From: an uncultured Pseudomonadota bacterium | Lineage (GTDB): Bacteria > Oederibacteriota > Muellerivitia > Muellerivitales > Muellerivitaceae | Direction of reading: 5' to 3' | Length of the DNA: 64,000 bases | Assembly: GCA_963836235.1 (NCBI GenBank) | Contig: CAWIIP010000002.1 | Coordinates: 608,001 to 672,000 of the forward strand | Shown: positions 19,327 through 30,601 of the stretch, one piece after another | How positions within the stretch are numbered: the stretch's first letter is position 1 | How the letters are laid out: each line of letters opens with the position of its first letter | Program-made: the position numbers and the translations under genes | The notes under the pieces: model-generated | Seen by the model: the letters and a program-made list of their open reading frames with translations, nothing else | Told to the model about the DNA's origin: nothing | Database searches by the model: none

Positions 19327-19440
19327 TTATCCTTGACGTTGTTTGTGTTTTGGGTTTGTACAAATAACACGAATCACTCGTTTACGACGAATGACCTTGC
19401 ACTTATCACAAATAATTTTTACTGATGATCGAACCTTCAT
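19327..19440 (-). CDS. rpmJ: 50S ribosomal protein L36 (Zn-binding form)
   Basis: Manual translation [37 protein letters not shown]; below ORF-track cutoff. Confidence 0.97.
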   Translation of the reverse strand: MKVRSSVKIICDKCKVIRRKRVIRVICTNPKHKQRQG

Positions 19441-19461
19441 TTTGCGTCCTTCCTCAATTTC

Positions 19462-19680
19462 TTACTTGAACCGATAAGTGATACGACCCCGATTTAAATC
19501 ATAGGGGGATAACTCAACCGTTACCCTATCCCCCGGAAGAATCCGAATAAAATTCATTCTCATCTTTCCCGAAACGTGAGCCAAAACCACATGCTTATTT
19601 TCTAACTCCACCCTAAAACTTGCGTTGGGAAGGGCTTCTATCACTGTCCCTTCAACCGAAATTGCTTCTTCCTTTGCCAT
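19462..19680 (-). CDS. infA: Translation initiation factor IF-1
   Basis: [28 protein letters not shown]. Confidence 0.98.
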   Translation of the reverse strand: MAKEEAISVEGTVIEALPNASFRVELENKHVVLAHVSGKMRMNFIRILPGDRVTVELSPYDLNRGRITYRFK

Positions 19681-19699
19681 AATCCTCCCAACCCCTTTT

Positions 19700-20458
19700 T
19701 TAAGAGGTATGGTCCATTCGCGTTAAGTTTTCCGGCCCATCTGGAAGAATGGCAACCGTATCCTCAAAATGGGCTGAAAATTTACCATCTTTCGTTACCA
19801 CTGTCCAGCCATCCTCTAAAACCTGCACTTCATCCGCCCCCATGTTCACCATCGGCTCTAAAGCTAAGCACATTCCTTGAATAATTCGGGGCCCTTGACC
19901 CTTTTTGCCATAATTTGGAATTTGAGGTTCTTCGTGCATGGCTTGACCAATTCCGTGGCCCACATAGTCCTTAACGACCGAAAACCCCTTATTTTCAACG
20001 TATTCTTGAATAGCATGACCAATATCCGATATTCGATTTCCCACCTGACATTGTTCAATACCCTTGTTTAAGGACTCAAATGTAATTAAAAGCAATTCCC
20101 TTATTTCCGGAGCAACCTTCCCAACGGCAAAAGTCCTGGCCGAATCGCCACAATAACCTTTGTAAAAAGCTCCGACATCAATTCCAACGATATCACCCTC
20201 TTCAAGAACACGTTTATTAGGGATCCCATGAACAACCTGATCGTTTACCGAGGTGCAGATAGTTGCCGGATAGCCGTGGTAACCTAAAAAAGCTGGGACA
20301 CAATCGTTTTTTTTAAAAAAATCATAAGCAAATTTATCGAGTTCTTGGGTTGTAGCTCCCGGTTTAATTTTCTTTTCGAGCTCAATAAGAGCTTGCCCAA
20401 CAACCCTTCCACTGATTCGCATCAATTTCAGCTCTGATTCAGATCTAATTGCAATCAA
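19700..20458 (-). CDS. map: Methionine aminopeptidase type I
   Basis: CTSVN.VVHGIP, GHGIG..MHEEP, EPM, SAHFEDT. Confidence 0.97.
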   Translation of the reverse strand: MIAIRSESELKLMRISGRVVGQALIELEKKIKPGATTQELDKFAYDFFKKNDCVPAFLGYHGYPATICTSVNDQVVHGIPNKRVLEEGDIVGIDVGAFYKGYCGDSARTFAVGKVAPEIRELLLITFESLNKGIEQCQVGNRISDIGHAIQEYVENKGFSVVKDYVGHGIGQAMHEEPQIPNYGKKGQGPRIIQGMCLALEPMVNMGADEVQVLEDGWTVVTKDGKFSAHFEDTVAILPDGPENLTRMDHTS

Positions 20459-21111
20459 ACTTTAGCCACTTTTTCCAATGCGGCATAAATTCGGCCCATA
20501 ACATCATCGTATTCACCTTCACATTGAACCCGTTTCAATAAACCTTGTTTTTCGTAAAATTCAATTAAAGGAGCCGTTTCTTTTTCATAAACATTTAGCC
20601 GATTCTCAATTGTTTCAGGACGATCATCAGGTCTTTGAATTAATTCTTTTCCACATTTGTCGCAAATTCCATCTTTTTGAGGTCTCATGGTATCAATATT
20701 GTATGTCGTTCCACAACCAGGACAAACCCTTCTTCCCGTCAACCGTTTTAATAAAGTGGCTTTGCCTACCTCTATTTTTAAAACACTCGACAGACTGATA
20801 TTCATGCTTTGAAGCATTCTTCCTAGGCTTTGAGCTTGGGGAACCGTCCGAGGGAAGCCATCCAAAATAAACCCATCAATTGCATCATTTTGTTGGATTC
20901 GTTCGTGAATCAGCTCAATAACAACTGAATCGGGAACCAATTCGCCTTTTTTCATGAATTCCTGTGCTTGACGCCCCAATAAAGTTCCGGCTTTTACTGC
21001 CGCTCGAAGCATGTCGCCCGTTGATATCTGCGGAATCTGGTATTTCTTAACCAATTCACCAGAATAAGTTCCTTTTCCTGCCCCCGGTTCACCTAAAAGA
21101 ATAATACGCAT
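20455..21111 (-). CDS. adk: Adenylate kinase (Zn-lid)
   Basis: GAGKGT, STGDMLR, GFILDGFPRT, CPGC...CDKC. Confidence 0.97.
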   Translation of the reverse strand: MRIILLGEPGAGKGTYSGELVKKYQIPQISTGDMLRAAVKAGTLLGRQAQEFMKKGELVPDSVVIELIHERIQQNDAIDGFILDGFPRTVPQAQSLGRMLQSMNISLSSVLKIEVGKATLLKRLTGRRVCPGCGTTYNIDTMRPQKDGICDKCGKELIQRPDDRPETIENRLNVYEKETAPLIEFYEKQGLLKRVQCEGEYDDVMGRIYAALEKVAKV

Positions 21112-22448
21112 TAAAACGCATTCCTTCCTTTCAATCGACCCTTTTTCATGAACCCATCGTAGTGACGCATGAGTAAATGGGATTCTATTTGCTTCATAGT
21201 ATCCAAAGCAACCCCGACAATAATTAATAATGAGGTCCCGCCAAATTGCACAGGAATGTGAAGTTGTCGGGTTAACAGGTCAGGAAAAACTGCGATAACA
21301 CAAACTGCCAAAGCACCCCAAATTGTGATTCGCGTCAAGGTTCGATCAATAAATTCCGCAGTTGGCTGTCCGGGACGAATTCCAGGGATGAACCCACCGT
21401 ATTTTTTCATGTTCTCGGAGAGGTCGGTGGGATTAAACGCAATCGCAGTATAAAAATAGCAAAAGAAAACAATCAAGGCCGAATAAAGCACATAATAAAC
21501 AAAAGCTCCAGGAGCAAAGTTTCGAACAATGAATTCCATAGCGTTATAAAGCCATCCTTGGTCCGATGCCACTGAGGGAATATTTTGAATATATTTCGCG
21601 ATCGTTGATGGAAAAACTAAAATAGAAGAAGAAAAAATAACTGCAATAACTCCTGAATAATCAACTTTTAACGGTAGCTGAGTTGATTGCCCCTTAAATA
21701 CTTGGCGGCCAACAACTCGAGTAGCATACTGAACAGGAATTTTCCTAGCTCCCTGTTGCAAGAGAACAATGAAACCAATGGTTAAGAGGGTGAAAGCAGC
21801 GAAAAAAATAACTGCAATTAAGCTCAGTTGATCGACTTTCAACATCCTGTAAGTATTAGCAATTTGTCCAGGCAAAGCTGCAACGATTCCAGAAAAAATG
21901 ATAATGGACATCCCATTTCCAACACCATACTCCGTAATTTGTTCTCCAAGCCACATAATAAAAACTGTTCCGGTTGTTAAAGCCAACACTGCTAAAATTT
22001 GAAAACTAATTCCCCAATGATAAATCACATTCTCGCCAAAATTTTTAAACAGATAAGTCGTACCCGTTCCTTGAATAACACAAAGAATCACTGTTCCGTA
22101 ACGGGTGTATTGAGTGATTTTTCGACGCCCAAGTTCCCCTTCTTTAGAAAGTTTTTCAAGAGTAGGAATAACAGCTGTCAAAAGTTGCAGGATAATAGAC
22201 ATACTGATATAGGGCATAACACCTAAAGCAAAAATAGATGCTTGCTTTAACGCGTTACCCGAAAATAAATTCAAAAAACCCAAAATCCCGTTGTTCTGGC
22301 TTTTGAAAGAATTCGCTAGCTCGGCTATATTTACCCCCGGAACAGGGATATGCGTTCCAATACGATAAACCAAGAGGATACCTAAAACAAAAAGCACCCG
22401 ATTTCTGAGTTCCGGTACCCTAAAAATATTCGAAAAAGCCGAAAACAC
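21111..22448 (-). CDS. secY: Preprotein translocase SecY
   Basis: SIFALGVMPYI, GIRPG, FGGTSLLIIVGV. Confidence 0.98.
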   Translation of the reverse strand: MFSAFSNIFRVPELRNRVLFVLGILLVYRIGTHIPVPGVNIAELANSFKSQNNGILGFLNLFSGNALKQASIFALGVMPYISMSIILQLLTAVIPTLEKLSKEGELGRRKITQYTRYGTVILCVIQGTGTTYLFKNFGENVIYHWGISFQILAVLALTTGTVFIMWLGEQITEYGVGNGMSIIIFSGIVAALPGQIANTYRMLKVDQLSLIAVIFFAAFTLLTIGFIVLLQQGARKIPVQYATRVVGRQVFKGQSTQLPLKVDYSGVIAVIFSSSILVFPSTIAKYIQNIPSVASDQGWLYNAMEFIVRNFAPGAFVYYVLYSALIVFFCYFYTAIAFNPTDLSENMKKYGGFIPGIRPGQPTAEFIDRTLTRITIWGALAVCVIAVFPDLLTRQLHIPVQFGGTSLLIIVGVALDTMKQIESHLLMRHYDGFMKKGRLKGRNAF

Positions 22449-22885
22449 TACAAGACCTCCGTCGTTCCACCAACGGCTTTAATTTTCTCGATTGCGGACA
22501 CGCTGAACGCATGGGCTTTTACGGTTAATTTATTTTTTAATTCACCATTGCCTAAAATTTTCACCGGATCGCTTCCACCTACAAACCCTTTAATTTTTAA
22601 TTGAATAGGTGTCACCGTTGCTCCATTTTCAAAAACTGACAATTGATCCACATTGACAACATCGAAAGAAACTTTTCCAATACTTTTAAACCCACGAATA
22701 GGAAGCTTTCTATAAATTGGCGTTTGACCACCCTCAAAACCGAGGCGGACTCCACCACCCGTTCGGGAATTCTGCCCCTTGTTCCCACGTGTAGACGTTT
22801 TTCCGTGTCCGGAACCTGGACCCTTGCCGACGATTTTCCGACGTTTAACGGCGCCGGATGCTGGTTTCAATTCTGTAATTTTCAT
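22448..22885 (-). CDS. rplO: 50S ribosomal protein L15
   Basis: GSGHGKTS.RG.KGQ, GFEGGQTP. Confidence 0.97.
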   Translation of the reverse strand: MKITELKPASGAVKRRKIVGKGPGSGHGKTSTRGNKGQNSRTGGGVRLGFEGGQTPIYRKLPIRGFKSIGKVSFDVVNVDQLSVFENGATVTPIQLKIKGFVGGSDPVKILGNGELKNKLTVKAHAFSVSAIEKIKAVGGTTEVL

Positions 22886-22886
22886 T

Positions 22887-23072
22887 TCAACTACCCTTGT
22901 TTTTAATTTCGATTAAATAACCGATTTTATCAATCATCCCGCGAATCACTGGGGTATCCGGCCTAATAACAGTCTGTCGTATTTTCTTTAAACCTAGCGC
23001 CTCAGCAATTTTCACATGTTTTGGCAAGCGGCCATTAAGACTTTTCACCAATTGTATCTTCAACTCATTCAT
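22887..23072 (-). CDS. rpmD: 50S ribosomal protein L30
   Basis: LVKS.GR...ALGL.K..Q...PD...RGMI; position in spc operon. Confidence 0.95.
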   Translation of the reverse strand: MNELKIQLVKSLNGRLPKHVKIAEALGLKKIRQTVIRPDTPVIRGMIDKIGYLIEIKNKGS

Positions 23073-23581
23073 GATTTAGGAGCTCCTGTAAAGTTTTCAA
23101 TCGGTTTACCGCGTAAAGCCGCGACAACTTCGGGAGACCGCACCGACTTCAAACCTTTCAACGTAGCTTGAACAACATTAAATGTATTATCTGACCGAAT
23201 CGATTTCGTTAAAATATCGTGAATGCCAGCTAATTCGCAAACCGCTCGAACCCCGCCCCCCGCAATAATTCCAGTACCAGGAGAAGCCGGTTTCAACATA
23301 ACACGGGATGCTTTAAATATGCCCACTGTTTCGTGAAAAAGGGTATTTCCTTTAAGTGGAACAACTATCAAATTTTTCTTTGCGTCTTCAACCGCTTTGC
23401 GAATGGCATCAGGCACTTCGCTGGCTTTTCCGGTCCCAATTCCGACGTGGCCATGTCCGTCACCAATCACCACCAAAACTGAAAAACTGAACCGACGACC
23501 ACCCTTAACAACTTTGGCCACCCGATTAATTTGAACCACTTTTTCCTTTAAATCCAACTTCGATGCATCAATACGAGCCAT
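23069..23581 (-). CDS. rpsE: 30S ribosomal protein S5
   Basis: [15 protein letters not shown]. Confidence 0.98.
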   Translation of the reverse strand: MARIDASKLDLKEKVVQINRVAKVVKGGRRFSFSVLVVIGDGHGHVGIGTGKASEVPDAIRKAVEDAKKNLIVVPLKGNTLFHETVGIFKASRVMLKPASPGTGIIAGGGVRAVCELAGIHDILTKSIRSDNTFNVVQATLKGLKSVRSPEVVAALRGKPIENFTGAPKS

Positions 23582-23593
23582 AGTTTCTATCCT

Positions 23594-23959
23594 TTAAAAT
23601 TGAAGTCCGTTTTGACGGGCGGATTCCGCTAATGCTTTTATACGGCCATGAAATACATAGCCCCCCCGGTCGAAAACGACTTGGGTTACAGATTTCTCTT
23701 TCGCTAATTTTGCGATTTTTTCGCCAACTGCTTTAGCCGCTTCAATATTGCCACCGAATTTAATCTTACCCCGAAGAGTTTGGTCAAAACTTGCAGCCGC
23801 CACTAAAGTAATTCCCTTACTATCGTCTATCACTTGGGCGGTAATATTTTTAGCACCCCGATGAACAACAAGCCTAGGCCTCTGTGAAGTTCCCTCAACT
23901 TTTTTTCGAATTCTATCGTGCCGACGAACCCGTTTAATGTTTTGATGTTGCAACGACAT
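23594..23959 (-). CDS. rplR: 50S ribosomal protein L18
   Basis: [21 protein letters not shown]. Confidence 0.97.
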   Translation of the reverse strand: MSLQHQNIKRVRRHDRIRKKVEGTSQRPRLVVHRGAKNITAQVIDDSKGITLVAAASFDQTLRGKIKFGGNIEAAKAVGEKIAKLAKEKSVTQVVFDRGGYVFHGRIKALAESARQNGLQF

Positions 23960-23976
23960 GGATCAACTCCCAATGA

Positions 23977-24546
23977 TTATTTTCCACCCGCTTTACCGGT
24001 AGCGCCTGTCTTCCCAACTTTCTTTCTCACATATTCACCCAAATAACGTATCCCCGTTCCCTTATAAACTTCAGGTGGCTTCACACGGCGAATCTTGGCA
24101 GCCATTTCCCCTACAAGGTATTTATCAATTCCTTTAATCGTTAAAAGCGTTTGTTTTTCGATATCAACCGTGACACCCTTAGGAAGATCCATCACTACCG
24201 GATGGCTAAAACCCAGCGACATGCTGAGCTTTCCTTTTTCCAAATTAGCCCTATAACCCACACCTTGAATTTCAAGCTTTTTTTCAAACCCAGTAGTTAC
24301 ACCCAATATCATATTTTTTATCAAAGCATGCGTGAGGCCGTGACTGGCATTAAGTGCCTTGGAATTCGTGTTATCGCCTTCTACTGGCGTAACCAAAAGA
24401 ATTTTTTCTTTTGGTTCTACCTTCATACCCGACATCAGTTCAAGACTTAAGGAGCCTTTGGGCCCCTCAACTGTGATCTGATTTCCTTCGGACTTAATCT
24501 TAACCCCTTGGGGTATCTCGATTGGTTTTTTGGCAATTCGCGCCAT
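23977..24546 (-). CDS. rplF: 50S ribosomal protein L6
   Basis: GVGYRA, LGFSHPV, PPEVYKG.GIRY. Confidence 0.97.
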   Translation of the reverse strand: MARIAKKPIEIPQGVKIKSEGNQITVEGPKGSLSLELMSGMKVEPKEKILLVTPVEGDNTNSKALNASHGLTHALIKNMILGVTTGFEKKLEIQGVGYRANLEKGKLSMSLGFSHPVVMDLPKGVTVDIEKQTLLTIKGIDKYLVGEMAAKIRRVKPPEVYKGTGIRYLGEYVRKKVGKTGATGKAGGK

Positions 24547-24578
24547 GACTTCTCCCTCGGATTATCAATACAAAATGA

Positions 24579-24980
24579 TCAATGGACTAAACAAAGCACT
24601 TCCCCGCCCACTCCCTGTTGACGAGCTTGGCGATCAGTTAAAACTCCTTTTGATGTCGAAACAATCGCGATACCCAAACCTCCAATCACTTTTGGAACCC
24701 TGGACTTTACCGAATAAACTCGCCGACCAGACCGGCTGACTCGGCTGATATTGGAAATGACACGTTCTCTTTTTTCGCCATATTTCATAGAGATGCGGAT
24801 TAAAGATGGCTTTCCCTTTTCTTCAGCTATTTTGTAATTCTTAATAAAACCTTCCTCAGCAAGTATCCTCGCGATCTCCAATTTCAACTTTGAAAAAGGT
24901 ATGTCCACTTTTTCCTTATAAACATGATTCGCATTACGAATTCTTGTCAGCATGTCTGCAATCGGGTCCGTCATGGACAT
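24579..24980 (-). CDS. rpsH: 30S ribosomal protein S8
   Basis: [29 protein letters not shown]. Confidence 0.98.
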   Translation of the reverse strand: MSMTDPIADMLTRIRNANHVYKEKVDIPFSKLKLEIARILAEEGFIKNYKIAEEKGKPSLIRISMKYGEKRERVISNISRVSRSGRRVYSVKSRVPKVIGGLGIAIVSTSKGVLTDRQARQQGVGGEVLCLVH

Positions 24981-24999
24981 AAATTTGGTCTCCTTAACC

Positions 25000-25185
25000 T
25001 TACCAGCTGGCTTTTATCACACCCGGGATTTTTCCTTCCCCGGCTAGTTTTCTGAAACAAATACGGCACATTCCAAATCGCCTTAAAAAGGCCCGCGGAC
25101 GGCCACACAAATTACACCGTGTGTAAGCCCGAACTTTAAACTTAGGCTTCATCTTTTGTTTATTGATCAAACATTTCTTAGCCAT
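25000..25185 (-). CDS. rpsN: 30S ribosomal protein S14 type Z
   Basis: 61 aa, RCNLCGR...CRICFR, IPGV.KASW. Confidence 0.97.
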   Translation of the reverse strand: MAKKCLINKQKMKPKFKVRAYTRCNLCGRPRAFLRRFGMCRICFRKLAGEGKIPGVIKASW

Positions 25186-25193
25186 GAAATCTC

Positions 25194-25748
25194 CTAATTT
25201 CTAAAGGGCATGCCAAGCAGTTTTAATAATTCTTTGGCCTGCTCGTCATTTTTGGATGTTGTTGCAAAAGTGATATCCATCCCATGAATAGATTGGACAT
25301 TTTCGTAATTGATCTCCGGAAAGATTATCTGTTCTTTTAAACCAAGAGTGTAATTACCCCGACCATCAAAAGAACGCGTCGGCACGCCACGAAAGTCACG
25401 AATACGAGGAAAAGCAATCATAAAGAGCCTTTCCATGAACTGAAACATTCGGTCTCCCCGAAGGGTCACTTTCGCACCCAAAGGCTGATTCGCCCGAAGC
25501 TTAAAATTAGAAATCGCCTTTTTAGAACGTGTAATAGCCGGTTTTTGACCGCTAATCAGCGTCAACTCCTCAACCGCCATATCCAAAAGCTTGATATTGT
25601 TCTCAGAAGCGGCTTTCCCAACGCAAACATTAATCACAATTTTTTCAACTTTTGGAACTTGCATAACATTTGTAATCCCAAACTTCTTCATCAGATTTGG
25701 TATTATTTCTTTTGAATATTTTTCTTTTAAAATAGTTTGTGTTGCCAT
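25194..25748 (-). CDS. rplE: 50S ribosomal protein L5
   Basis: [19 protein letters not shown]; start moved to ATG 25748. Confidence 0.97.
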   Translation of the reverse strand: MATQTILKEKYSKEIIPNLMKKFGITNVMQVPKVEKIVINVCVGKAASENNIKLLDMAVEELTLISGQKPAITRSKKAISNFKLRANQPLGAKVTLRGDRMFQFMERLFMIAFPRIRDFRGVPTRSFDGRGNYTLGLKEQIIFPEINYENVQSIHGMDITFATTSKNDEQAKELLKLLGMPFRN

Positions 25749-25749
25749 C

Positions 25750-26070
25750 TTACTTTTCCTTATCCAGAATTTCGCCACACTTCTTGCAAGCGCGGCTCTT
25801 TATTCCAGTGGCCAAAACTTTATGAGCGACACGGGTCGCCTTCCCACATTTTCCACAAACAACCTGTAAATTGGAAATATGAACCGGTGCTTCTTTTTCC
25901 AAAATTCCGCCTTGCGGAAGCTGTTGGGTTGGTCTTGTATGGCGTTTTACCATATTAATTTTTTCAACCAGTGCCTTTTCCGCTTTCGGAAAAAGGCGGA
26001 TAACACGGCCTTTTTTCCCCCGATCTTTGCCCGTTAATATCAAAACCGTGTCTTCTCGATGAACATGCAT
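25750..26070 (-). CDS. rplX: 50S ribosomal protein L24
   Basis: [19 protein letters not shown]. Confidence 0.97.
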   Translation of the reverse strand: MHVHREDTVLILTGKDRGKKGRVIRLFPKAEKALVEKINMVKRHTRPTQQLPQGGILEKEAPVHISNLQVVCGKCGKATRVAHKVLATGIKSRACKKCGEILDKEK

Positions 26071-26073
26071 GGC

Positions 26074-26442
26074 TTACAAAACCTCCGGAGCCAACGAAAT
26101 AATTTTCATAAAATTCTTTTCCCGCAGTTCGCGGGTTACAGGCCCAAAAATACGGGTTCCTCTGGGATTCATTTGATCGTTTATAATAACCGCCGCATTT
26201 TCATCAAAACGAATGTTGGAACCGTCAGGGCGGGTAAAAACACGTCTTTGCCTTACAATCACAGCCTTAACAACTTCACTTTTCTTAACACCAGCCCCAG
26301 GAATGGCTTCCTTAACAGCGGCAACGATAATATCTCCAATCGCCGCATACCGACGTTTAGTTCCACCTAGAACATGGATGCACATAATCCTCGTGGCCCC
26401 ACTATTGTCGGCAACGTTTAATATGGTTTGAGGCATGATCAT
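26074..26442 (-). CDS. rplN: 50S ribosomal protein L14
   Basis: [22 protein letters not shown]. Confidence 0.98.
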   Translation of the reverse strand: MIMPQTILNVADNSGATRIMCIHVLGGTKRRYAAIGDIIVAAVKEAIPGAGVKKSEVVKAVIVRQRRVFTRPDGSNIRFDENAAVIINDQMNPRGTRIFGPVTRELREKNFMKIISLAPEVL

Positions 26443-26726
26443 AATTTCGCCTCCTCAACCTGAACACCTTTTTTTAGAATTTTTAGCAATCTCCAATGCT
26501 TGTCGGCACTTATGGGACGGGTTTCAGCCACCAAGACAACGTCTCCCCTTTTCGTTTCATTCTTGGGGTCGTGAATCTTAAATTTGCTACGCTTGCGAAC
26601 TAATTTCTGATACAGAGGATGTTTCACCAGCCGCTCAATGGAAACAATGGCCGTCTTGTCCATTTTGCGACTCAAAACAACCGCTGTTTTCACACGGGCC
26701 TGTGGTCTTTGATTTTCCAACGTCAT
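26439..26726 (-). CDS. rpsQ: 30S ribosomal protein S17
   Basis: KMDKT, HPLY.K, ETRPIS..K.W. Confidence 0.97.
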   Translation of the reverse strand: MTLENQRPQARVKTAVVLSRKMDKTAIVSIERLVKHPLYQKLVRKRSKFKIHDPKNETKRGDVVLVAETRPISADKHWRLLKILKKGVQVEEAKL

Positions 26727-26736
26727 TACTTTCTCC

Positions 26737-26940
26737 TCACGAGGCCTTTGAGCCTTTTTCTTTTTCCCGAAGGATTGTTTTCAAACGAGCCACGTTCCGC
26801 CTGGCTTCCCGAATTTTCATGGGATTTTCCAATTGTTTTGTGGCCAATTGGATCTTCAAATTGAAAAGCTCTTCTTCTTTAGAAATCAATTGCTGTTTAA
26901 GCTGATCAATGCTCATCTCGCGGACTTCTTTCGGCTTCAT
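26737..26940 (-). CDS. rpmC: 50S ribosomal protein L29
   Basis: ELFNL, QLENP, R..ARLKT. Confidence 0.96.
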   Translation of the reverse strand: MKPKEVREMSIDQLKQQLISKEEELFNLKIQLATKQLENPMKIREARRNVARLKTILREKEKGSKAS

Positions 26941-27362
26941 GAAACTCCTCCTACTTGGGCCCGTGAAATATACTTGGTCTTTACGGGAAGCTTATGGGAA
27001 GCCAATTGAAAGGCTTCCTGGGCAACTATTTCCGGGCACCCACTGAGTTCAAACAAAATACGACCAGGCTTTACGACCGCCGCCCAATGATCGGGTGCCC
27101 CTTTACCACCACCCATGCGAACTTCAGCGGGTTTTCTGGTAATGGGCTTATCAGGAAAAATACGGACCCATAATTTCCCAACACGTTTCATATGCCTATT
27201 AATGGCGACACGCGCCGCCTCAATTTGGCGATCCGTAACATATGCGGCATCTAGGGATTTCAAAGCATATTCGCCGAACGCGAAAACAGCACCGTTCTTT
27301 GTTTGGCCTCGCATACGACCCTTCATCGTCTTACGATATTTCACGCGCTTAGGCATTAACAT
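26937..27362 (-). CDS. rplP: 50S ribosomal protein L16
   Basis: [26 protein letters not shown]. Confidence 0.98.
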   Translation of the reverse strand: MLMPKRVKYRKTMKGRMRGQTKNGAVFAFGEYALKSLDAAYVTDRQIEAARVAINRHMKRVGKLWVRIFPDKPITRKPAEVRMGGGKGAPDHWAAVVKPGRILFELSGCPEIVAQEAFQLASHKLPVKTKYISRAQVGGVS

Positions 27363-27376
27363 GACTTGATCCTTGG

Positions 27377-28105
27377 TTAACCTTTAGTTGGGCTAGTTTT
27401 AAATTCATGCTGCTTTTTATCGCGAGGAGCCGATTTTGGCTTTGCCGCAGCTACTTCTTCTTGCTTATCTTTTGCACCGAAAATTTCCCGCTTGAACACC
27501 CAGCTCTTAACTCCAATTTTTCCATACGTTGTGTTGGCTTCCGCAAATCCGAAATCAATGTCCGCCCGCAATGTGTGAAGAGGAACACGCCCCTCACGGT
27601 ACCACTCAGTACGGGCAATCTCCGAACCCGCCAAACGTCCTGAACACATAATCTTTATACCCTTGGCTCCGCCGTCTAACGCACTTTGGATGGCCTTCTT
27701 CATGGCCCTGCGAAAAGCAATTCGCTTTTCCAATTGGCTTGCCACACCTTCAGCGATCAATTGTGCGTTGGTTTCGGGATGTTTTTCTTCGTTGATGTTG
27801 ATTCTGACTTCCTTCTTACTAAAACGTTGAAGTTCTTCTTTTAACTTGTCAACTTCCGAACCCTTTTTGCCAATCACAATTCCGGGCCGGGAGGCGAAAA
27901 TATCGACTTCAACCGTTTCGCCTTTACGCTTGAGAACCACACGAGCAATCCCCGCATGTTTCAAGCGCAACTTCACGAATTTACGGATTTCGATGTCCTC
28001 CAACAATGTCTGGGTATAATTTTTTTGCTTTGCAATAAACCAGAGAGAGTCCCAATCTCGAATGATGCCGACCCTTAAGCCGATCGGATTAATTTTCTGT
28101 CCCAA
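27377..28105 (-). CDS. rpsC: 30S ribosomal protein S3
   Basis: [11 protein letters not shown] (TTG start), [13 protein letters not shown]. Confidence 0.98.
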   Translation of the reverse strand: MGQKINPIGLRVGIIRDWDSLWFIAKQKNYTQTLLEDIEIRKFVKLRLKHAGIARVVLKRKGETVEVDIFASRPGIVIGKKGSEVDKLKEELQRFSKKEVRININEEKHPETNAQLIAEGVASQLEKRIAFRRAMKKAIQSALDGGAKGIKIMCSGRLAGSEIARTEWYREGRVPLHTLRADIDFGFAEANTTYGKIGVKSWVFKREIFGAKDKQEEVAAAKPKSAPRDKKQHEFKTSPTKG

Positions 28106-28128
28106 AAAAGCCTCCCCAAAACCTTGAA

Positions 28129-28479
28129 CTAGTTTTTTGCCTCATCTGAAACAACCACTTTGATATGACTCGTTCGCTTGTGAATCGCGCTGGCACGGCC
28201 CATAGCCCGCGGAATGAACCGGCGGGTGTTGCGCATCATCGGACCACCATCCACTTGAATCGACTTAATCATTAATTTGTCAACATCAACACGGGTACTT
28301 TGTCCGGCATTGGACACAGCCGCTTTAAGTATTTTGGCTAATTCACCGGCGGCCCGCTTTTTAGTAAAAGCCAAGATATTCAAAGCTTCAGCCACGGGTT
28401 TTTTTCGAATCAATTCAACCACTTGCCGAGCCTTTCGCGGGGTCACCCTTGTAAATCGAGAAATAGCTTGTGCTTGCAT
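28129..28479 (-). CDS. rplV: 50S ribosomal protein L22
   Basis: PRKAR.V..IR, PRAMGRA...KRTSHI. Confidence 0.97.
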   Translation of the reverse strand: MQAQAISRFTRVTPRKARQVVELIRKKPVAEALNILAFTKKRAAGELAKILKAAVSNAGQSTRVDVDKLMIKSIQVDGGPMMRNTRRFIPRAMGRASAIHKRTSHIKVVVSDEAKN

Positions 28480-28506
28480 ATTAAAAACCTCGTTCCCTGT
28501 CTGGCT

Positions 28507-28794
28507 TTACTTTAGAGCCACTGCTTTTTCAGTTCTTGCCGCCCCATGAGCCTTAAAGGTGCGGGTGGGCGAAAATTCGCCCAACTTGTGCCCAACCATG
28601 TTTTCCGTGATGAAAACCGGAATGAATTTTCTGCCATTATGAACGGCAAAAGTATGTCCTACCATTTCAGGATGAACAGAACACCTACGGACATAAGTCT
28701 TAATAACTTTTTTCTCACCTGTCCGGTTCATCTTTTGAATTAAATTCATTAATTTCTGGTCCACATAGGGACCCTTCTTGACTGATCGACTCAT
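28507..28794 (-). CDS. rpsS: 30S ribosomal protein S19
   Basis: [19 protein letters not shown]. Confidence 0.98.
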   Translation of the reverse strand: MSRSVKKGPYVDQKLMNLIQKMNRTGEKKVIKTYVRRCSVHPEMVGHTFAVHNGRKFIPVFITENMVGHKLGEFSPTRTFKAHGAARTEKAVALK

Positions 28795-28809
28795 TTCTAA
28801 ACCTCTCCC

Positions 28810-29634
28810 TTATTTGCGACGTTTGACGATATATTTATCAGTCAACTTATTTTGACGCGTTTTGTATCCTTTGGTCGGCTTTCCCCAAGGAGTGGTTGGA
28901 TGACGCCCTCCTGAAGTTTTTCCCTCGCCACCACCCATCGGATGACCGTCCCCAGGACGAGTGACAACTCCACGAGACTGAGGACGCTCACCCATCCAGC
29001 GCATACGACCTGCTTTTCCAATACTTACGTTGTTATGATCCAAATTTCCTACCTGTCCGATTGAAGCCATACAGTCAACATGGATCTTTCGCATTTCACC
29101 GGAAGGAAGCTTAAGGGTTGCGTAATCCCCCTCGCGGGCCATCAATTGGGCAACGGCTCCAGCGGAACGAACCAATTGCCCGCCCTTGCCAGGGCGGATC
29201 TCAATATTGTGGATCATCGAACCCATGGGAACATCTTTTAATCTCATGGCATGGCCCGGCTTAACGTCTGCGCCTTGTCCCGCCAAAACTCGGTCTCCAA
29301 CCGATAAACCTTCCGGAGCCAATATGTACTTCTTTTCCCCATCCAAGTACTGCAAAAGAGCTATGCGGGAAGACCTATTAGGATCGTACTCGAGTGAAAC
29401 AACTTTCGCCGACATGCCCACCTTCTCACGGTCAAAATCGATTAAACGGTATTGGCGCTTGTGTCCCGCGCCCCGATGGCGGCTTGTAATGCGGCCATAC
29501 ATATTACGACCGCCGGTGCCTTTCAAAGGCAAAACCAATGATTTCTCAGGGGCTTTTTTTGTTAAATTTTCTCCCACAATAGCCGTCATCGCTCGACGGC
29601 CCGCAGAAGTTGGTTTATACGCTTTAATAGGCAT
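28810..29634 (-). CDS. rplB: 50S ribosomal protein L2
   Basis: [28 protein letters not shown]. Confidence 0.98.
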   Translation of the reverse strand: MPIKAYKPTSAGRRAMTAIVGENLTKKAPEKSLVLPLKGTGGRNMYGRITSRHRGAGHKRQYRLIDFDREKVGMSAKVVSLEYDPNRSSRIALLQYLDGEKKYILAPEGLSVGDRVLAGQGADVKPGHAMRLKDVPMGSMIHNIEIRPGKGGQLVRSAGAVAQLMAREGDYATLKLPSGEMRKIHVDCMASIGQVGNLDHNNVSIGKAGRMRWMGERPQSRGVVTRPGDGHPMGGGEGKTSGGRHPTTPWGKPTKGYKTRQNKLTDKYIVKRRK

Positions 29635-29639
29635 AAGCT

Positions 29640-29936
29640 TTAAGCCCCTTCAAAGAATTCGATTTTTTGGCCGGGTTTCAAAGTCACAATCGCTTTTTTC
29701 CAACGATAAGACTTGGAAATGTTCCGACCAAACCTACGAACTTTTGCCGGCACATTCGTAGTATTCACTTTCAAAACTTCAATTTTCTCTTTTTGGAAAA
29801 TGGATTCAACAGCGTGTTTTATTTCTGGTTTCGTGGAATCAGAGTGGACTTCGAAAGAATACTTACCCTTTTCCTTTAATAAAGTGCTTCGTTCGGTAAT
29901 CAGTGGGCGGACAATGACATCATGTAGTTTTTTCAT
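29640..29936 (-). CDS. rplW: 50S ribosomal protein L23
   Basis: [20 protein letters not shown]. Confidence 0.97.
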   Translation of the reverse strand: MKKLHDVIVRPLITERSTLLKEKGKYSFEVHSDSTKPEIKHAVESIFQKEKIEVLKVNTTNVPAKVRRFGRNISKSYRWKKAIVTLKPGQKIEFFEGA

Positions 29937-30589
29937 AACGACTTTTCCTTGTCCGAAGAAACTTTAGATTTAGCATCCATCAATTGTTTCAATGTTCCTT
30001 GAGTCAAAACAACAACATCATGAGTTACCACCTCATAAGTATTCAGATTTCCCTTGGCCAAGACGGTCGTTTTAGGCAAGTTGCGAAAACTCTTGAAAGT
30101 TGCTGAATCAGACTGATCAATTACGATAAGGCACTTTTGGCCATTCACTCCCAAACTCTTCAGTAAAACCACAGCCTGTTTTGTTTTAGGCGTGTTAAAT
30201 TTTAAACTCTCGATGACCATTATTTTGCCTTGTTGAGCCTTATCGGAAAGCGATTCTGCCAATGCTTGCTGACGCATCTTTTTCGGAAGTTCCAATGAGT
30301 AATCACGGGGCTTTGGCCCGTGGGCAATACCACCACCCACAAACTGAACAGCACGAATTGATCCTTGGCGGGCGTTACCCGTTCCTTTCTGCTTAAATGG
30401 CTTTTTACCGCCACCGGAAACTTCTCCCTTGCCTTTGGTTTTGACTGTTCCCAAACGCTGGTTTGACAAGTGTGTCGTCACGCTTCGCCACAAATGATGA
30501 GATCGTGGTTTTAAACCGAATAAATTTTCAGGCAAGTCCATTTGACCCGTGGATTGCCCAGTTAAATTGTACACATTCGCTTTAGGCAT
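29933..30589 (-). CDS. rplD: 50S ribosomal protein L4
   Basis: GGGKKPFKQKGTGNARQGS. Confidence 0.98.
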   Translation of the reverse strand: MPKANVYNLTGQSTGQMDLPENLFGLKPRSHHLWRSVTTHLSNQRLGTVKTKGKGEVSGGGKKPFKQKGTGNARQGSIRAVQFVGGGIAHGPKPRDYSLELPKKMRQQALAESLSDKAQQGKIMVIESLKFNTPKTKQAVVLLKSLGVNGQKCLIVIDQSDSATFKSFRNLPKTTVLAKGNLNTYEVVTHDVVVLTQGTLKQLMDAKSKVSSDKEKSL

Positions 30590-30601
30590 CGAATTTCACC
30601 T

